Part shown: in pieces, positions 13,501-26,285 of the stretch
Layout: each line of letters starts with the position of its first letter
Position numbering within the stretch: position 1 is the stretch's first letter
NCBI RefSeq assembly: GCF_044704955.1
Contig: NC_092002.1
Span: 13,702,001-13,766,000, forward strand
Direction of reading: 5' to 3'
From: Pristiophorus japonicus
Taxonomy: Eukaryota
Length of the DNA: 64,000 nucleotides
The notes under the pieces: generated by a model
Told to the model about the DNA's origin: nothing
Seen by the model: the letters and a program-made list of their open reading frames with translations, nothing else
Database searches by the model: none
Program-made: the position numbers and the translations under genes

Positions 13501-15996
13501 AGACATAAAGCCTTCAGGCTTGTTTTTTTAACACCCTTTGTCCTTTTAGAATTTTGCTGTACAGTGGCCCTTTTTGTTTTTAGTCTTGGGTTTCTCTGCC
13601 CTCCACTTTTCCTCATCTCCTTTCTGTCTTTTGTTTTTGTCTCCTTTTTGTTTCCCTCTGTCTCCCTGCATTGGTTCCCATCCCCCTGCCATATTAGTTT
13701 AACTCCTCCCCAACAGCACTAGCAAACACTCCCCCTAGGACATTGATTCCGGTCCTGCCCAGGTGCAGACCGTCCGGTTTGTACTGGTCCCACCTCCCCC
13801 AGAACCGGTTCCAATGCCCCAGGAATTTGAATCCCTCCCTGCTGCACCACTGTTCAAGCCACGTATTCATCTGCGCTATCCTGCGATTCTTACTCTGACT
13901 AGCACGTGGCACTGGTAACAATCCTGGGATTACTACTTTAGAGGTCCTATTTTTTAATTTAGCTCCTAACTCCTTAAATTCGTTTCGTAGGACCTCATCC
14001 CTTTTTTACCTATGTCGTTGGTACCACGACAACTGGCTGTTCTCCTTCCCTTTTTAGAATGTCCTGCACCCGCTCCGAGACATCCTTGACCCTTGCACCA
14101 GGGAGGCAACATACCATCCTGGAGTCTCGGTTGCGGCCGCAGAAACGCCTATCTATTCCCCTTACAATTGAATCCCCTATCACTATTGCTCTCCCACTCT
14201 TTTTCCCGCCCTCCTGTGCAACAGAGCCAGCCACGGTGCCATGAACCTGGCCGCTGCTGCCCTCCCGCGATGAGTCATCCCCCCCAACAGCACTCAAAGC
14301 AGTGTATCTGTTTTGCAGGGGGATGACCACAGGGGACCCCTGCACCACCCCCCTTGCACTACTCTTCCTGCTGGTCTTCCATTCCCTATCTGTCTGTGGA
14401 CCCTTCACCTGCGGTAAGACCAACTCGCTACACATGCTACTCACGTCATTCTCAGCATCGTGGATGCTCCAGAGTGAATCCACCCTCAGCTCCAACTCCG
14501 CAACGCGGTCCGTCAGGAGCTGGAGGCGGACACACTTCCCGCACACGTAGTCGTCAGGGACACTGGAGTCGTCCCTGAGTTCCCACATGGTACAGGAGGA
14601 GCATAACACGTGACCGAGCTGTCCTGCCATGACTTAACCCTTAGATAGGCAACAACAATGCTAAAGTTTACTCACTGTTATAGAAGAGAAAAAAGATAAA
14701 CTACTCACCAATCACCAGCTAATCACCCACCCCTTTGGCTGTGACGTCACCTTTCTGTTTCTTTCTACTTTTTTGCTTTCTCCCTGTAGCTGCACAAGCA
14801 CGCCTCACCAACCCCGGACTCGCGCTGCTCCAAGTGCCATTTGGAGTTCAGTACATTTGGATGCGGTCAGCAATTCCATACATTACATTTGGATGCTGAC
14901 CGCAGTTCCGTTCAATACATTACTTTACATTTCAAGGTACAATTCATACAATCCAGGATACATTGTGGTACGTTCATCAAGTTACATTACATGTGTCACT
15001 ATACAGTACACAGTGAGGGTACAGTTACATTTCTTTCCAACATGCATTATACATGGCACTACATAGGTGTTTGCAGATCATGGTGCTCTAGGTATACAAA
15101 AGGTTTACCATTGCAGCCCGAGGGGAGTTTTATACTGATTCCAGCCCCTGGGTTTACCGTGGCGGAAGGGCTTTAAACTGTGGCTCTTCCCCACCGTGCC
15201 TTTGCGGCGGCTGCACCAATTTTTAGTGTGTCCCTCAGCACGTGGTCCTGGACCTTGGATTGCGCCAGTCTGCAACACGCAGACGTGGACATCTCCTTGC
15301 TCTGGAAGACCAGCAAGCTTCGGCATGACCAAAGTGCGTCTTTCACCGAGTTGATTGCCCTCCAGCAGCTGGTGATGTCTCTCTGTGTGTGTCCCTGGGA
15401 ACAACCCGTAGAGCACAGAGTCCTGTGTTACGGAGCTGCTCGGAATGAACCTCGACAGCAACCACTGCATCTCTTTCCAGACCTGCCTTGCAAAGGCGCA
15501 ATCTTGAAGGAGGTGGGTGACAGTCTCGTCCACCCCGCAGCCGACTCGGGGGCACCGTGCCGTGCTGCTGAGACGCCGGCTGTGCATGAAAGCTCTTGAC
15601 GGGTAGGGCCCTCCTCACCGCCAACCAAGCTACATCTTGGTGCTTGTGTGAAAGCTCTGGCGATGAGACGTTCTGCCAAACGAGTTCGACAGTCTGCTTG
15701 GGGAACCACCTGACAGGGTCCACCCTCTCCTTTCGTAGGGCGTCCAGGACCTTACGTGCTGACCACTGTTTTATGGCTTTGTGGTCAAAGGGGTTTTTTG
15801 TGAAAAACTTTTCCACGAAGGATAGGTGGACAAGCATGGTCCAGCTGGTGGGGCCGTTTCGCGGCAGCGTGGCCAGGCCCATCCTTCGCAACACCGGGGA
15901 CAGGTAGAACCTCAGCACGTAGTGACACTTGGTGTTTGCATACCGGGGGTCTGTGCAGCCGCACACAAACCTGAGGGCCACGTTCGGAGCATCCTT
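10585..15996 (-). mobile_element. Tx1-clade LINE 3' portion (zf-RVT end plus 3' UTR), interrupted by a full-length CR1
   Basis: RRALPVKSF..CPRVGCG..ETVTHLLQDC CCHC motif in 15105-15981; 16-bp TSD tgctgtttgtggg(a/g)gc at 10569-10584 and 15997-16012. Confidence 0.8.
10649..14840 (-). mobile_element. Near full-length CR1 LINE (ORF1 zinc finger plus SGNH esterase; ORF2 APE endonuclease plus RT), frameshifted
   Basis: ORF1 14630-13694 (CxxC..CxxC, IVIGDSIVR, DGLHL); ORF2 13616-10739 (LNARS, ITETW, GDFN, FADDT). Confidence 0.95.
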
Positions 15997-17314
15997 TGCT
16001 GTTTGTGGGGGCTGGCCGCGTTTGGCATATTACATCAGTGACTGCACTCCAAAATCTCTCAAAGGCCAGGTATCACAGAGAAGGCAACTGCAGCCTTTTC
16101 ACAGACTAGAACCATCTCTTCAACCCTCCTCCCCCCCCCCCCCCCTCAGACTTATCTGTCAGTTGCTTTCCCCGCCTTCATTCATGAGCTCACGACAGTG
16201 GAATGGCTTCACGCACAAGTTTGAAATGTTGGTGCATACTGTGAAAGTAAGAAAGAGCTTGTATTCATAGTGTATTATCACATCCTTGGGATGTCTTGAA
16301 GAGCTGTGCATCCAATAAGTTACTTTTTGATATGTATTATGTAGGTGAACGTGGCAGACAATCTGCAGACAGCGAAGTACCAAAGGCACCAAATCGCCTG
16401 ATCTGTTTCGTGTTCAATGCAGGACACCCAGAGGAGCTCCCCTGCCTCTCCAAGTTGAGACATAGGGTCTTTCATGTCTACCTGAAGCAGCAGGTGGGTT
16501 TTAATCTCCTGAAAGATGGCATCTCTGACTGCAGCACTCCCTACAGCCTTCTAATTTAGAGACGAGTGTGGCCGACTGAGGAACATAGGCCCCTTTCAGT
16601 CCCTTGAGCCTGTTCTGTCATTCAATTAGATCGTGGCTAATTATTAGAAGAGTATGTATTAGGGACCAGTTACATCACAGTTTCAGGCCAATATCTGTAG
16701 AATGCAATGTGGAGAAAGCTGAACTGAATGGCATGATGTATTCACGTTCAGAGCTCTGTTCAGCAGCGGGTTAAAGTCTAACGGGACCACTCATAACATT
16801 AATTGCATTTAACTTTCAAAATGTCCCAAATGGATTGCAACACACTAACGTGCAGCTGGGATGCAAACTCCATTATACTTACTGCTGCCTAGCAACCCTG
16901 GATAGGTTGCTCAGAATGGAATCATTATGAACGTCTGAGGTTGTTACGCGGGATGCCACTCCCCCAATTATATTTAACTGAAATACTGCCGTGTATTTCA
17001 GGAGACCCCATTACCGTTTTCCCCAGGAATGTGTGCGATTCAGTAGGTGGCCGTCTAACAGATGTTGGTCCACTTTTCCGATCGAGCCGGCTCAATTTCC
17101 GGCTGTAAATTGGGAAAACCAAATAAAGTGTTAGAAATTATACATTGATGAGGGGCTTTTTGCTGGAGCTCGCCTTAGAAAAATGAATAGTGTACAGTGC
17201 GCACACACCCATTCGTGGAATTGTTCCTACCCTGCAGCCACTCATGACATTGTATTATGTTTAAGGCAGTGTATAAGGTTGCATATATTGACACCGCCCG
17301 GTCCAGGCAGCAGG

Positions 17315-17490
17315 CGGTCGAGGGGGTCACTCAGTCCGACTGCCTGCCTCTTCCGCGGTTACATCTGAGCTAGCGTGTCCCTGGAGCTGGAGCACATGGT
17401 GTCCGCTGGTACACTCACAGCCTTCCGTGAGAGGTGGGCACTGGAGGGACTGGAGTGCATCATCACCCCAGGCAAACAAATTTTAATTTG
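17315..17490 (+). mobile_element. Tx1-like LINE 3' fragment
   Basis: Translates CLPLFRGYI*ASVSLELEH..TAFRERWA, typical of the Tx1 ORF2 C-terminus. Confidence 0.55.
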
Positions 17491-18544
17491 ATCCACGAAT
17501 GTTAAAAGTTTAATTTGTCAGTTTTAGTGCCCCTTTATTGTTTTACAAAAATAGTTATAATGACACTGCTGTTCCCAGCCAGAATGGAGATGATTGACAG
17601 GGCATTGCGCAATCACACCTGGACAGGGACTAATTTTACACACATAATTTGTCTGTAACTATCTTCCACACACTGCATTTTGCTGGTGAAATCACCTTGC
17701 TGTTTATCGGGAGACTTTGTTGTAGTTTGGTCATGAGTTCGCTTTGCTGTACTGGTAGAGACTTTATTGAAATAGATTGTCTGCTGTGAGTCCGACCATG
17801 AGTCCCACTCCACCTCCAAATCATTGCTTGACACAGTGGTGTCAATAGACTCAGTGATTCTAATGCTGGTTGTTTTGGGAAGGATAGCTGAATCATAGAA
17901 TCTCAGTCAGAAGGCGGCCATTTGCCTGTGCTGGTTCAGCTATCCAAGCAGTCCCACTCCCCTGCTCTCTCCGCACAGCCCTGCGAATCTCTGCTTTCTC
18001 TCCAGCTGCTAACATGACTTGACACTATTTGTTCTGCGGTTTGACTGCCTGGTGATTAGATCGGGAGTTAACTGATTTAGAATGAGCACTGCCTTTTGTT
18101 TAGTGATTTATACCCGATAAAGTGCGGCAGTTAAGGACAAGGCCGTTGAATAAAATAAACTTGTACTGGTTGAAAGAAATGCAAGTCTTGTGTGTTCTCC
18201 TGAGGCACAGAATGTCTCACAGTAGACCTTTACAGTAAATAAACCAAGCACTCAGGGTTAATTCTAGTGGGATAGATTTGAAAAGTAAACAAGTTATTCG
18301 AAACTTGTATTGCACCTTGGTTAGACTTCACATGGAGTACTGCGTACAATTCTGGATGCCATATTATAATGCGAGGTTAATACCTATCAGGAAAGGATAA
18401 ACAGGCTGGGTCTCTTTTTCTCTTGAAAAGAGAAGGCTGAGGGGTGACCTAGTAGAGATCTTTAAAATGATGAAAGGCTTTGAGCAGACGCAGAGAGGGT
18501 GTTTTCACTTGTGGGGAAGAGCAAAACGAGAGGCTACCAATATA

Positions 18545-19255
18545 AAATATAAACAGAAAATACTCAGCAGGTCAGGCAGCATCTGTGGAGCGAGAGAAAC
18601 AGTTAGCATTTCAGGTCGATGACCTTCAGAACTATAAAAAGTTAGAGATGTAACAGATTTTAAGCATGTGCAGGGTTAAGGGCGAGGGGAGGAAAGAGCA
18701 AAAGGGAAGGTCTGTGATGGGGTGGACGGCAGGAGTAATTAAATGACAAAAGGGATAATTGTTCAGAGCAATGGGGGATGGTAATAGTACAAGTAAAGAA
18801 GCAAAAGATGGGTCTAGAAGACGTGTAATTGGGAATGGCAGACTCATCAGCTGCTATCGGAAAAAATAGGGGTAGAGGTTATGATCTGAAATTGTTGAAC
18901 TCTATGTTGAGTCCAGAAGGCTGTAAAGTGACTAATTGAAAGATGAGGTGCTGTTCCTCGAGTTTACGTTGAGCTTTGTTGGAATAGTATAAGAGGCCGA
19001 GGTCAGAGTGGGAGTGGAGCGGATAATTATGTCAGGCGACCGGAAGCTCGGGGTCACGCTTGTGGACTGAATGGAGGTGTTCCGCTCAGTGGTCACCCAA
19101 TCTGCTTTTGGTCTCCCCAATGTAGAGGGCACTGGATTGTGAGCAGCCAATAGTGTACTAAATTGCAAGAAGTACAAATAAATCGCTGTTTCACCTGGAA
19201 GGAGTGTTGGGGACCCTGGGCAGTGGGAAGGGAGATGGTAAAAGGACAGGTCAAG
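18545..19255 (-). mobile_element. Degenerate Penelope fragment (GIY-YIG end plus pLTR); paralog at 38940-39490
   Basis: QGPQHSFQVKQRFICTS; similar to the element at 53890-55870. Confidence 0.75.
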
Positions 19256-19409
19256 AGGCCCAATGGTTGGGGCTGGGGGACTATGAGCAATGATGGAATT
19301 TAGTTTTGTCTTGTTTCTTTAGCCGGTATCCTGCTAGATGCCAATAGACACAATGCAGTGTCACTGATGCAGGCAGACTGATACCCAGACTGAAGGCTGA
19401 ACGATTCTA

Positions 19410-20170
19410 ATCTCTAGTTTTCCTCTTCCCCACAAGTGGAAACACTCTCTGTATCTACTCTTATCAAAACCTTTCATAATTTTGAAGACCTCTCTTAGGT
19501 CACCCCTGGGACTTCTCTTTTCAAGAGAAACCAAGCCGGTTCATCCTTTTCCGACAGATATACCCTCGTATTTCTGGTATCATCCTTGTAAACCTCCAGT
19601 GCTTCTATATCCTTTTTAGAATACAGCAACCAGAATTGTATGCAGTACTCCCAAGTGTGGTCTAACCAAGGTTCGATTCACGTTTAGCATAATTTCTCTG
19701 CTTTTCAATTCAAACCCTCTAGAAATAAACCCTGGTGTTTGGTTTGCTTTTTTATGGGCTTGTTAACCTGTGTCGTTCCTTTCAGCGATTTGTGTATTTG
19801 TACTCAGACATCCCTTTGCTCTTCTATTTGTATTTTGTATTTTCCAAGTAATATGTAACCTCCCTACTTTTATTACCAAAATGTAATACCTCATTTATCT
19901 GTGTTGAATTTAATTTGCCAATTATATGCCCATTCTGCAATTTATTAATGTATTCTTGTAATTTGTTGCAGCCCTCCTCAGTATTGACTATTCCTCAGTA
20001 TTGGTGTCATCTCCAAATTTAGAAAGTGTTTTGTTTCCAAAGTCTAAATCGCTAATCTTGAAGCCAGCTAGTTATCTATTCTGCTACTTGTCCCCTGACT
20101 CCACATGCTGTGACCTTATTCATTAGTCTATTATCTGGTACCTTATTGTAGGCCTTTTGAAAATCTAGAT
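19410..20170 (-). mobile_element. Old degenerate CR1 fragment (paralog at 42420-43120)
   Basis: CR1 RT/3' sequence (gtgtggtctaaccaagg, gtcatctccaaatt). Confidence 0.7.
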
Positions 20171-20676
20171 AAATCTGGAGTCATCAATCTCCACTGGGCT
20201 GTAAGGGAGATGGGATCAGGCAGGAGATAGACAGCGCAGGTGACTGTAGAATGGCACTGCCTGAGACCAGGGAGCAGGTTGTCCACATTTTATCTCTGTT
20301 GGGGAATGGGATAGGTTGTGTGCACCGATCTAAAGGCAAAATCACAAAGCAAGTAAGGAAAGAAAACTTAAATGGGTTCCTTAATAAATCCTATTTGTAA
20401 AATAAAGGCAGATAGTTCTTCCAATAAAATCTTTTTTTAATTCAAAAATTAATTTTCCAATAAGTGAGGTTGTAGCTTGATGCTGATGATAATTACAGCA
20501 GAATTTTTTCAAACAGAATTAGTGTACAAAATAGGGTAAAAATCCGACAACTGTATTTGGGACATTCGTGTTGTCTGTAGAACAGTTCAGGTTGTTTCCA
20601 TCGTGATGTTTTCCGCTTTTTGGCCTACGAATTCATCTACTTCAGACACGGTTCCAAACACAATACAAACAATGTT

Positions 20677-21274
20677 TTACAATGTTTTAGTTCTCATGGT
20701 ACCCAATGCATGTAGAGATATCACATCTTGTTTCCTTTCGTTCTTGCACATGATCTGACAGCAAGGCAATAATCTCGTCACGAATCTGACCTGCAGACTG
20801 TCATCTGTAATAATCTGGTGTTGCATTGTACATGAGGAAACCGAGGAATGACACTGCGTTTGCTCTGACCTCGGGTAGCACATTCCTAAAGAAGGTGACA
20901 CAGCTCCTTATGTACAAAGTGATCTGGTTGGGGAAGTCTTTGGTAATGTGCCTGGAGTTGTTGCGTAAATATTTCTCAAAATACAGGGTGGTCTCCTCCA
21001 AGGAAAGCTCTTGAAACATCTTGGACATGATTTCTGACTCCATTACTGGACTGTAGGAATTCAGCACGGATTTGCAGACTTTGATGACTTCATTGCTCTC
21101 ATCGTTGAGATGCAGCAGCAAGCTGATCAAGGTGGACTTGATGTGCTCAATATGTGCAGGGTTCATTTCCACAGTCCCAAATCTGATCAGCTTCCCAAGT
21201 ACATTAAAAGCCGTAGCTCTCACTTTCTCATGTTGATTTTCAAAGTAAGGCTGAACTGCCAGTGCAAACACCAA
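20677..21274 (-). pseudogene. MROH1: MROH1/maestro-like C-terminal HEAT-repeat fragment, intronless
   Basis: VQPYFENQHEKVRATAF..LISLLLHLND..VCKSVL..FPNQ..FFRNVLPEVRANAVSFLGFL resembles the MROH1 C-terminus; stop and frameshift near 20800. Confidence 0.75.
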
Positions 21275-21339
21275 GAATCGGATGTATTGCCAAGCAGCCG
21301 ATAACTTTATTTGAAAAAGGCCGTGTCATTATTTCCTGC

Positions 21340-22600
21340 TTGAGGTCATCATCAGCAGAAGAATTGTATGCCACCACAATCTGTAACCTCATGGCCCAGC
21401 AGATCCTCCACTCTACCATTACTATCAAGTCATGGAACCAATCATGGTTCAATGAGGAATGTAGAAGAGCATGCCAAGAGCAGCACCAGGCGTACCTAAA
21501 AATGTGGTACCAACCTGGAAGCTACAACACATGACTACATTTATGCTAAACAGCAGAAGCAGCATGCCATAGGCAGAGCTAACCAATCCCACAACTCAAC
21601 GGATCAGATCAAAGCTCTGCAGTCCTGCCACATCCAGTCGGGAATGGTGGTGGACAATTAGACATCTAATGAGAAGAGCAGACTCCATGAACACCCCCAT
21701 CCTCAATGATAACGCAGCCCAGTACATGAGTGCAGAAGACAAGGCTGAAGCGTTTTGCAACCATCATCAGCCAGAAGTGCCGAGTGGATGATCTATCTCG
21801 GCCTCCTCCTGAGGTCTCCATCACTAAAGCCGGTCTTCAGCCAATTTGATTCACTCCACGTGATATCAAAAAACGGCTGAGCGCACTGGATACAACGAAG
21901 GCAAAGGACCTCGACAACATTCCAGCAGTAGAGTTGAAGACTTGTGCTCCAGAACTAGCTGCGCCTCTGGCCAAGCTGTTGCAGTACAGCAACAACACCG
22001 GCATCTATCTAACAAAGTGGAAAATTGCCCAGGTATGTCCTGTCCCCAAAAAAGACAAAACCAACCCTGCAATTATCGCCCCATCAGTGTACTCTCAATC
22101 ATCAGTAAAGGAAGGAGTCATCGACAGTACTATTAAGCGGCACGTACTCAATAGCCTGCTCACCATTACACAGTTTGAGTTCCACCAGGACCACTCAGCT
22201 CCAGAACTCATTAGAGCTTTGGTCCAAACATGGACAAAAGAGATTAATTCTAGAGGCGAAGTGAGAGTGACTTCTCTTGATATCAAGGCAACATTTGACC
22301 AAGTAGTGAAATTGAAGTCTATAGGAATCAGGGGTAAAACCGCTGACTGGAGTTATATCTAGCACAAAGGACTATGTTTGTGGTTGGTGGCCAGTTATCT
22401 CAGCCCCAGGACATTGCTGCAGGAGTTCCTCAGACCCAACCATCTTCATCAATGATCGACAGTCCATTATAAGGTCAAAAATGAGGACTGCACAGTGTTT
22501 AGTTCTATTCGCAACCCATCAGATAATGAAACAGTCCGTGCCCACATTTAGCAAGCCCTGGACAACATTCAGGCTTGGGCTGATAAGTGGCAAGTAACAG
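21340..22600 (+). mobile_element. Old CR1/jockey-group LINE RT fragment (amplicon block)
   Basis: ORFs 21262-21534 (WFNEECRRACQEQHQAYL) and 21934-22362 (KTCAPELAAPLAKL..). Confidence 0.8.
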
Positions 22601-22694
22601 TCGCAGCACGCAACTCCTTTTTTGGACACGAGTATGCACACACAGGACAACACCTCGAATTTCAAATCTCTCCATGGCCTCACCCTACCATATC

Positions 22695-24422
22695 TCAGCA
22701 ACCTTTTCCAGCCCTACATGCCTCCGAGAGCTCTGCAATCTGTTGGAGTACAGATTGCTGGCCCCTTTCGACACTTGTAAACCCAGCGATGATGGCAGCA
22801 GTCTGAGCTTCCACTACTGCAGTGAGATGTTGGGACGCTTCTGCCTGTGCTGCAATGGAAGCCACAAGATCGCCCATCACATCCACCATCATATTTGGGT
22901 CAAGATCTCTCATGGAGCTGTCCATCATTTCCATCCCGGAAATCATGGGCTCCAAGCTCTGCGCAAAACCCTGTACAATGTTGGAGCTGGACACCTCCAT
23001 GCTCCTTGACACTGACAAGAGGCTTTTTGGCAGGCTTGCCATTGCACCAAGCATTTCTGTGTGCATGCCCATCACCTTTCTTCTGAAGGACGCCCCATCG
23101 AGGTCGTCATCGGAATCCTGTGGTGCAGAACTCGTGCACAAACTCGGCTTCCGGTGACCTGGCACCCGAGCGACCCTTTGCCCCTGTCCTGGCTGCAGCC
23201 CACTCATGCCCGGTGACTCACCACTTGTGGATCCGGCCTCTGTACTATCCTTTAAAGTCTGTGCAGTGCCACTTCCTGAGCTTGCGTCTACGGGTGTCAG
23301 ACGCAGTTGCATTTTGTCGAGGTCTTCTTGTGCTCCTCCTACATAAGTGTCTTCCTTATGTTCAGGTACAGTTGCTGGCGGTTCTTGGGTATCTGAAAGC
23401 AGAAAGGCGGTGGGGGGAGGGGGTAGCAAAATATCCATGCACACACCATCAGCAGTTTGTAAGTGAGAAGTGATTATGGGATGAGGGGGAAGTGGGATGT
23501 GGGAAGTATTGGGTATAAGCATACCGTCATCATCAGCGCTGCTTTCCACTTCTCCGTTCTCCGTGGACTCTGTCCCTGCCCTTTCGATAATTTGGAATAC
23601 TGATTGCTCCATGTCTGTTAGGTCAAACCTCGCCTGGCCGCTTCTCGCCTGCTGCTGCTCTCCGCGGTTATCAGCCACCTTTCCCTGCAAGAGAAAGGGA
23701 AGTATGTCAGTGAGTGTAGGGCTATGCGTTTGGGTGATGTGCCTGCCATGGTTGAATAACTGGCAGTGTGTGCAAAGTGTGGGATGTGGGTGTGAGTGTT
23801 GCACCAGCGGTAAAGTTGTGAGGGTGAAGTGTAGCTGTGAGGTGTGGGTGGTGACAGCGAGAGATTGTGGGTAGGTGAGTGAGGCTAGGAATGCAGATGG
23901 TGGGATATGGCATTGGCAGAAGAACCAAGGTGACTTGAGGAAAAACATCTTAATGCTGCAAGTGCCTGAGAGGGTGGTGGAGGCAGACTCAATTGATGCT
24001 TTCAAAAGGGAATTGGATAAGTACCTGCAGGAAAAAAAATTGCAGGGATACGGGGAAAAGGTGGGCGGGGGAGCGGGACTAGTTAAAGTGCACTTGCAGT
24101 GAGCCGGCACGGGCCCGACGGGCTGATTGGTCTCCTTCAGTGCTGTAATCATTCTACAACATTTGCTGAAGTCTTCACTCACCTTCACCAGCCGGATGAG
24201 GTCATCAAGCCTCTTCCGACACTGGAGGGGTGTTCTTGGAACCACACTCGCCGCCGTGACAGCTTTGGCTATCTCCTTCCAGACCCGCCCGCACTGGAGT
24301 TTTGAAGGCCACTTGCCGCCTTGCGGAAATAGGATATCGCGTCGTCGTTGGGCCCCGTCGACCAGTGCCTCGAGGGCAGTGTCCGAAAACCGCACCGCCC
24401 TTGACGGCCGGTGTCTCTCCAT
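22695..24422 (-). CDS. Myb/SANT-like gene copy C; intact 365 aa spliced (also open unspliced)
   Basis: Exons 24422-24183, 23684-23525 and 23392-22695; introns of 498 and 132 nt with GT/AG; the ORF track shows one 579-aa frame across everything. Confidence 0.82.
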   Translation of the reverse strand: MERHRPSRAVRFSDTALEALVDGAQRRRDILFPQGGKWPSKLQCGRVWKEIAKAVTAASVVPRTPLQCRKRLDDLIRLVKVSEDFSKCCRMITALKETNQPVGPVPAHCKCTLTSPAPPPTFSPYPCNFFSCRYLSNSLLKASIESASTTLSGTCSIKMFFLKSPWFFCQCHIPPSAFLASLTYPQSLAVTTHTSQLHFTLTTLPLVQHSHPHPTLCTHCQLFNHGRHITQTHSPTLTDILPFLLQGKVADNRGEQQQARSGQARFDLTDMEQSVFQIIERAGTESTENGEVESSADDDGMLIPNTSHIPLPPHPIITSHLQTADGVCMDILLPPPPTAFLLSDTQEPPATVPEHKEDTYVGGAQEDLDKMQLRLTPVDASSGSGTAQTLKDSTEAGSTSGESPGMSGLQPGQGQRVARVPGHRKPSLCTSSAPQDSDDDLDGASFRRKVMGMHTEMLGAMASLPKSLLSVSRSMEVSSSNIVQGFAQSLEPMISGMEMMDSSMRDLDPNMMVDVMGDLVASIAAQAEASQHLTAVVEAQTAAIIAGFTSVERGQQSVLQQIAELSEACRAGKGC

Positions 24423-24651
24423 GCCTGGCAACAATTCACAACACCACAGATAATGAAACAGTCTGTGCCCGCATTCAACAAGACCTGGACAACATTCAGG
24501 CTTGGGCTGCTAAGTGGCAAGTAACAGTCACGCCACACAAGTGCTGGTGAATGACCATCTTTTTCAGACACACACTCACACATTTAGACAGCACTCGCAC
24601 AGGACAACACCTCTAATTTCAAATCCCTCCACGGCTTCACCATACCCTATC

Positions 24652-26285
24652 TCAGCAACCTCTTCCAGCCCTACATCCCTCCGAGAGCTCTGCAATCTGT
24701 TGGAGTACAGATTGCTGGCCCCTTTCGACACTTGTAAAACCAGCGATGATGGCAGCAGTCTGAGCTTCCACTGCAGCAATGAGACGTTGGGTTGCTTCTG
24801 CCTGTGCTGCAATGGAAGCTGCAAGGTCTCCCATCACATCCACCATCATGTTTGGGTCCACAAGATCTCTCATGGAACTGCCCGTCATTTCCATCCCAGA
24901 AATCATGGGCTCCAAGCTCTGCGCAAAACCACGGGCAATGTTGGTGCTGGACACCTCCATGCTCCTTGACACTGACAAGAGACGCCTTGGCAGGCTTGCC
25001 ATTGCACCAAGCATTTCTGTGTGCATGACCATCACCTGAAGGCCACCCCATTGAGGGCATCATCCAAGTCCTGCATTGCAGAACTCATGCGCAAACTCGC
25101 CCTCCGGGGATCTGTCATGTGAGCGACCCTTTCCCACTGTCCCGGCTGCAGCCCACTCGTGCCCGGTGACTCACCATGTGCAGATCCCTCTAAAGTCTGT
25201 GCAGTGCCACTTTCTGAGCTTGCGTCTACGGGTATCATATGCTGTTCCGTCTTGTCGTCGTCTTGTGCTTCTCCTCCACCATAAGTGTCTTCCTTATGTT
25301 CAGGTACAATTGCTGGTGGTTCTTGGGTATCTGAAAGCAGAAAGGCGGGGGGGAGGGTAGCAAGATATCCATGCTTACTCCATCAGCAGTTTGTAAGTGA
25401 GAAGTGATTATGGGATGAGGGGGAAGTGGGATGTGAGAAGAACGATTAGGTGTAAGCATACTGTCATCATCTGCGATGCTTTCCGCTTCTCCGTTCTCCA
25501 TGGACTCAGTTACAGCCCCGTCGATAATTTGGAACACTGATTCCTCGAGGTCAGTTAGGCCCACCCTCGCTTGATCGCCTCCCTCCTGCTCTCCGCGGTT
25601 ATCAGCCACCTTTTCCTGCAAGAGAAAGAGATGTGGTTGCCATGATTGAATAGCTGGCAGTGTGTGCAAAGTGTGAGGTGTGGGTGGTGACAGAGAGAGA
25701 TTGTGGGTAGGTGAGTGAGGCAATGAGCAGTGTGTGAGGCTAGGGTTGCTGATGGTGGGAAAGGGCAGTGGCAGAAGAACCAAAAGGTGACTTGAAGGAA
25801 AAACATGTTTAAATGCAGCGAGTGGTTAGGATTTGGTATGCACTGCCCGAGAGGTTGGTGGAGGCAGACTCAATCGTGGCTTTCAAAAGGGAATTCACTA
25901 AGTACCTGAAGGAAAAATGAAAATTGCAGGGTTACAGGGAAGGGGCGGGGAGTGGGACTAGCTAAAGCGCTCTGGCATTGGCGTGACGGCTGCAATCCTT
26001 CAATGCTGTAATCATTCTACAACATTTGTTGAAGCCTTCACTTACCTTGACCAGCCGGATGAGGTCATGAAATCTCTTCAGACACTGGAGGGCCGTACTG
26101 GGAACTTCACTCGCCAATGTGACGGCTTTCGCTACCTCCTTCCAGACCAGCCTGGACTCCAATCTTGAAGGCCTCTTGCCACATTGCGGGAATAGGATAT
26201 TGCGTCGTCGTTGGACCCCATGGACCAGGGCCTTCAGAGCCATATCCGAAAATCGCGTTGCCCTCGACAGCCGCTGTCTCTCCAT
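24652..26285 (-). pseudogene. Myb/SANT-like gene copy D; frameshift in exon 3
   Basis: Exons 26285-26046, 25615-25462 and 25330 onward; a deletion of about 7 nt at about 25036 (ttcag|gtgatg vs ttcagaagaaaggtgatg) gives a stop at 25032-25034, before the helical C-terminal region. Confidence 0.78.
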
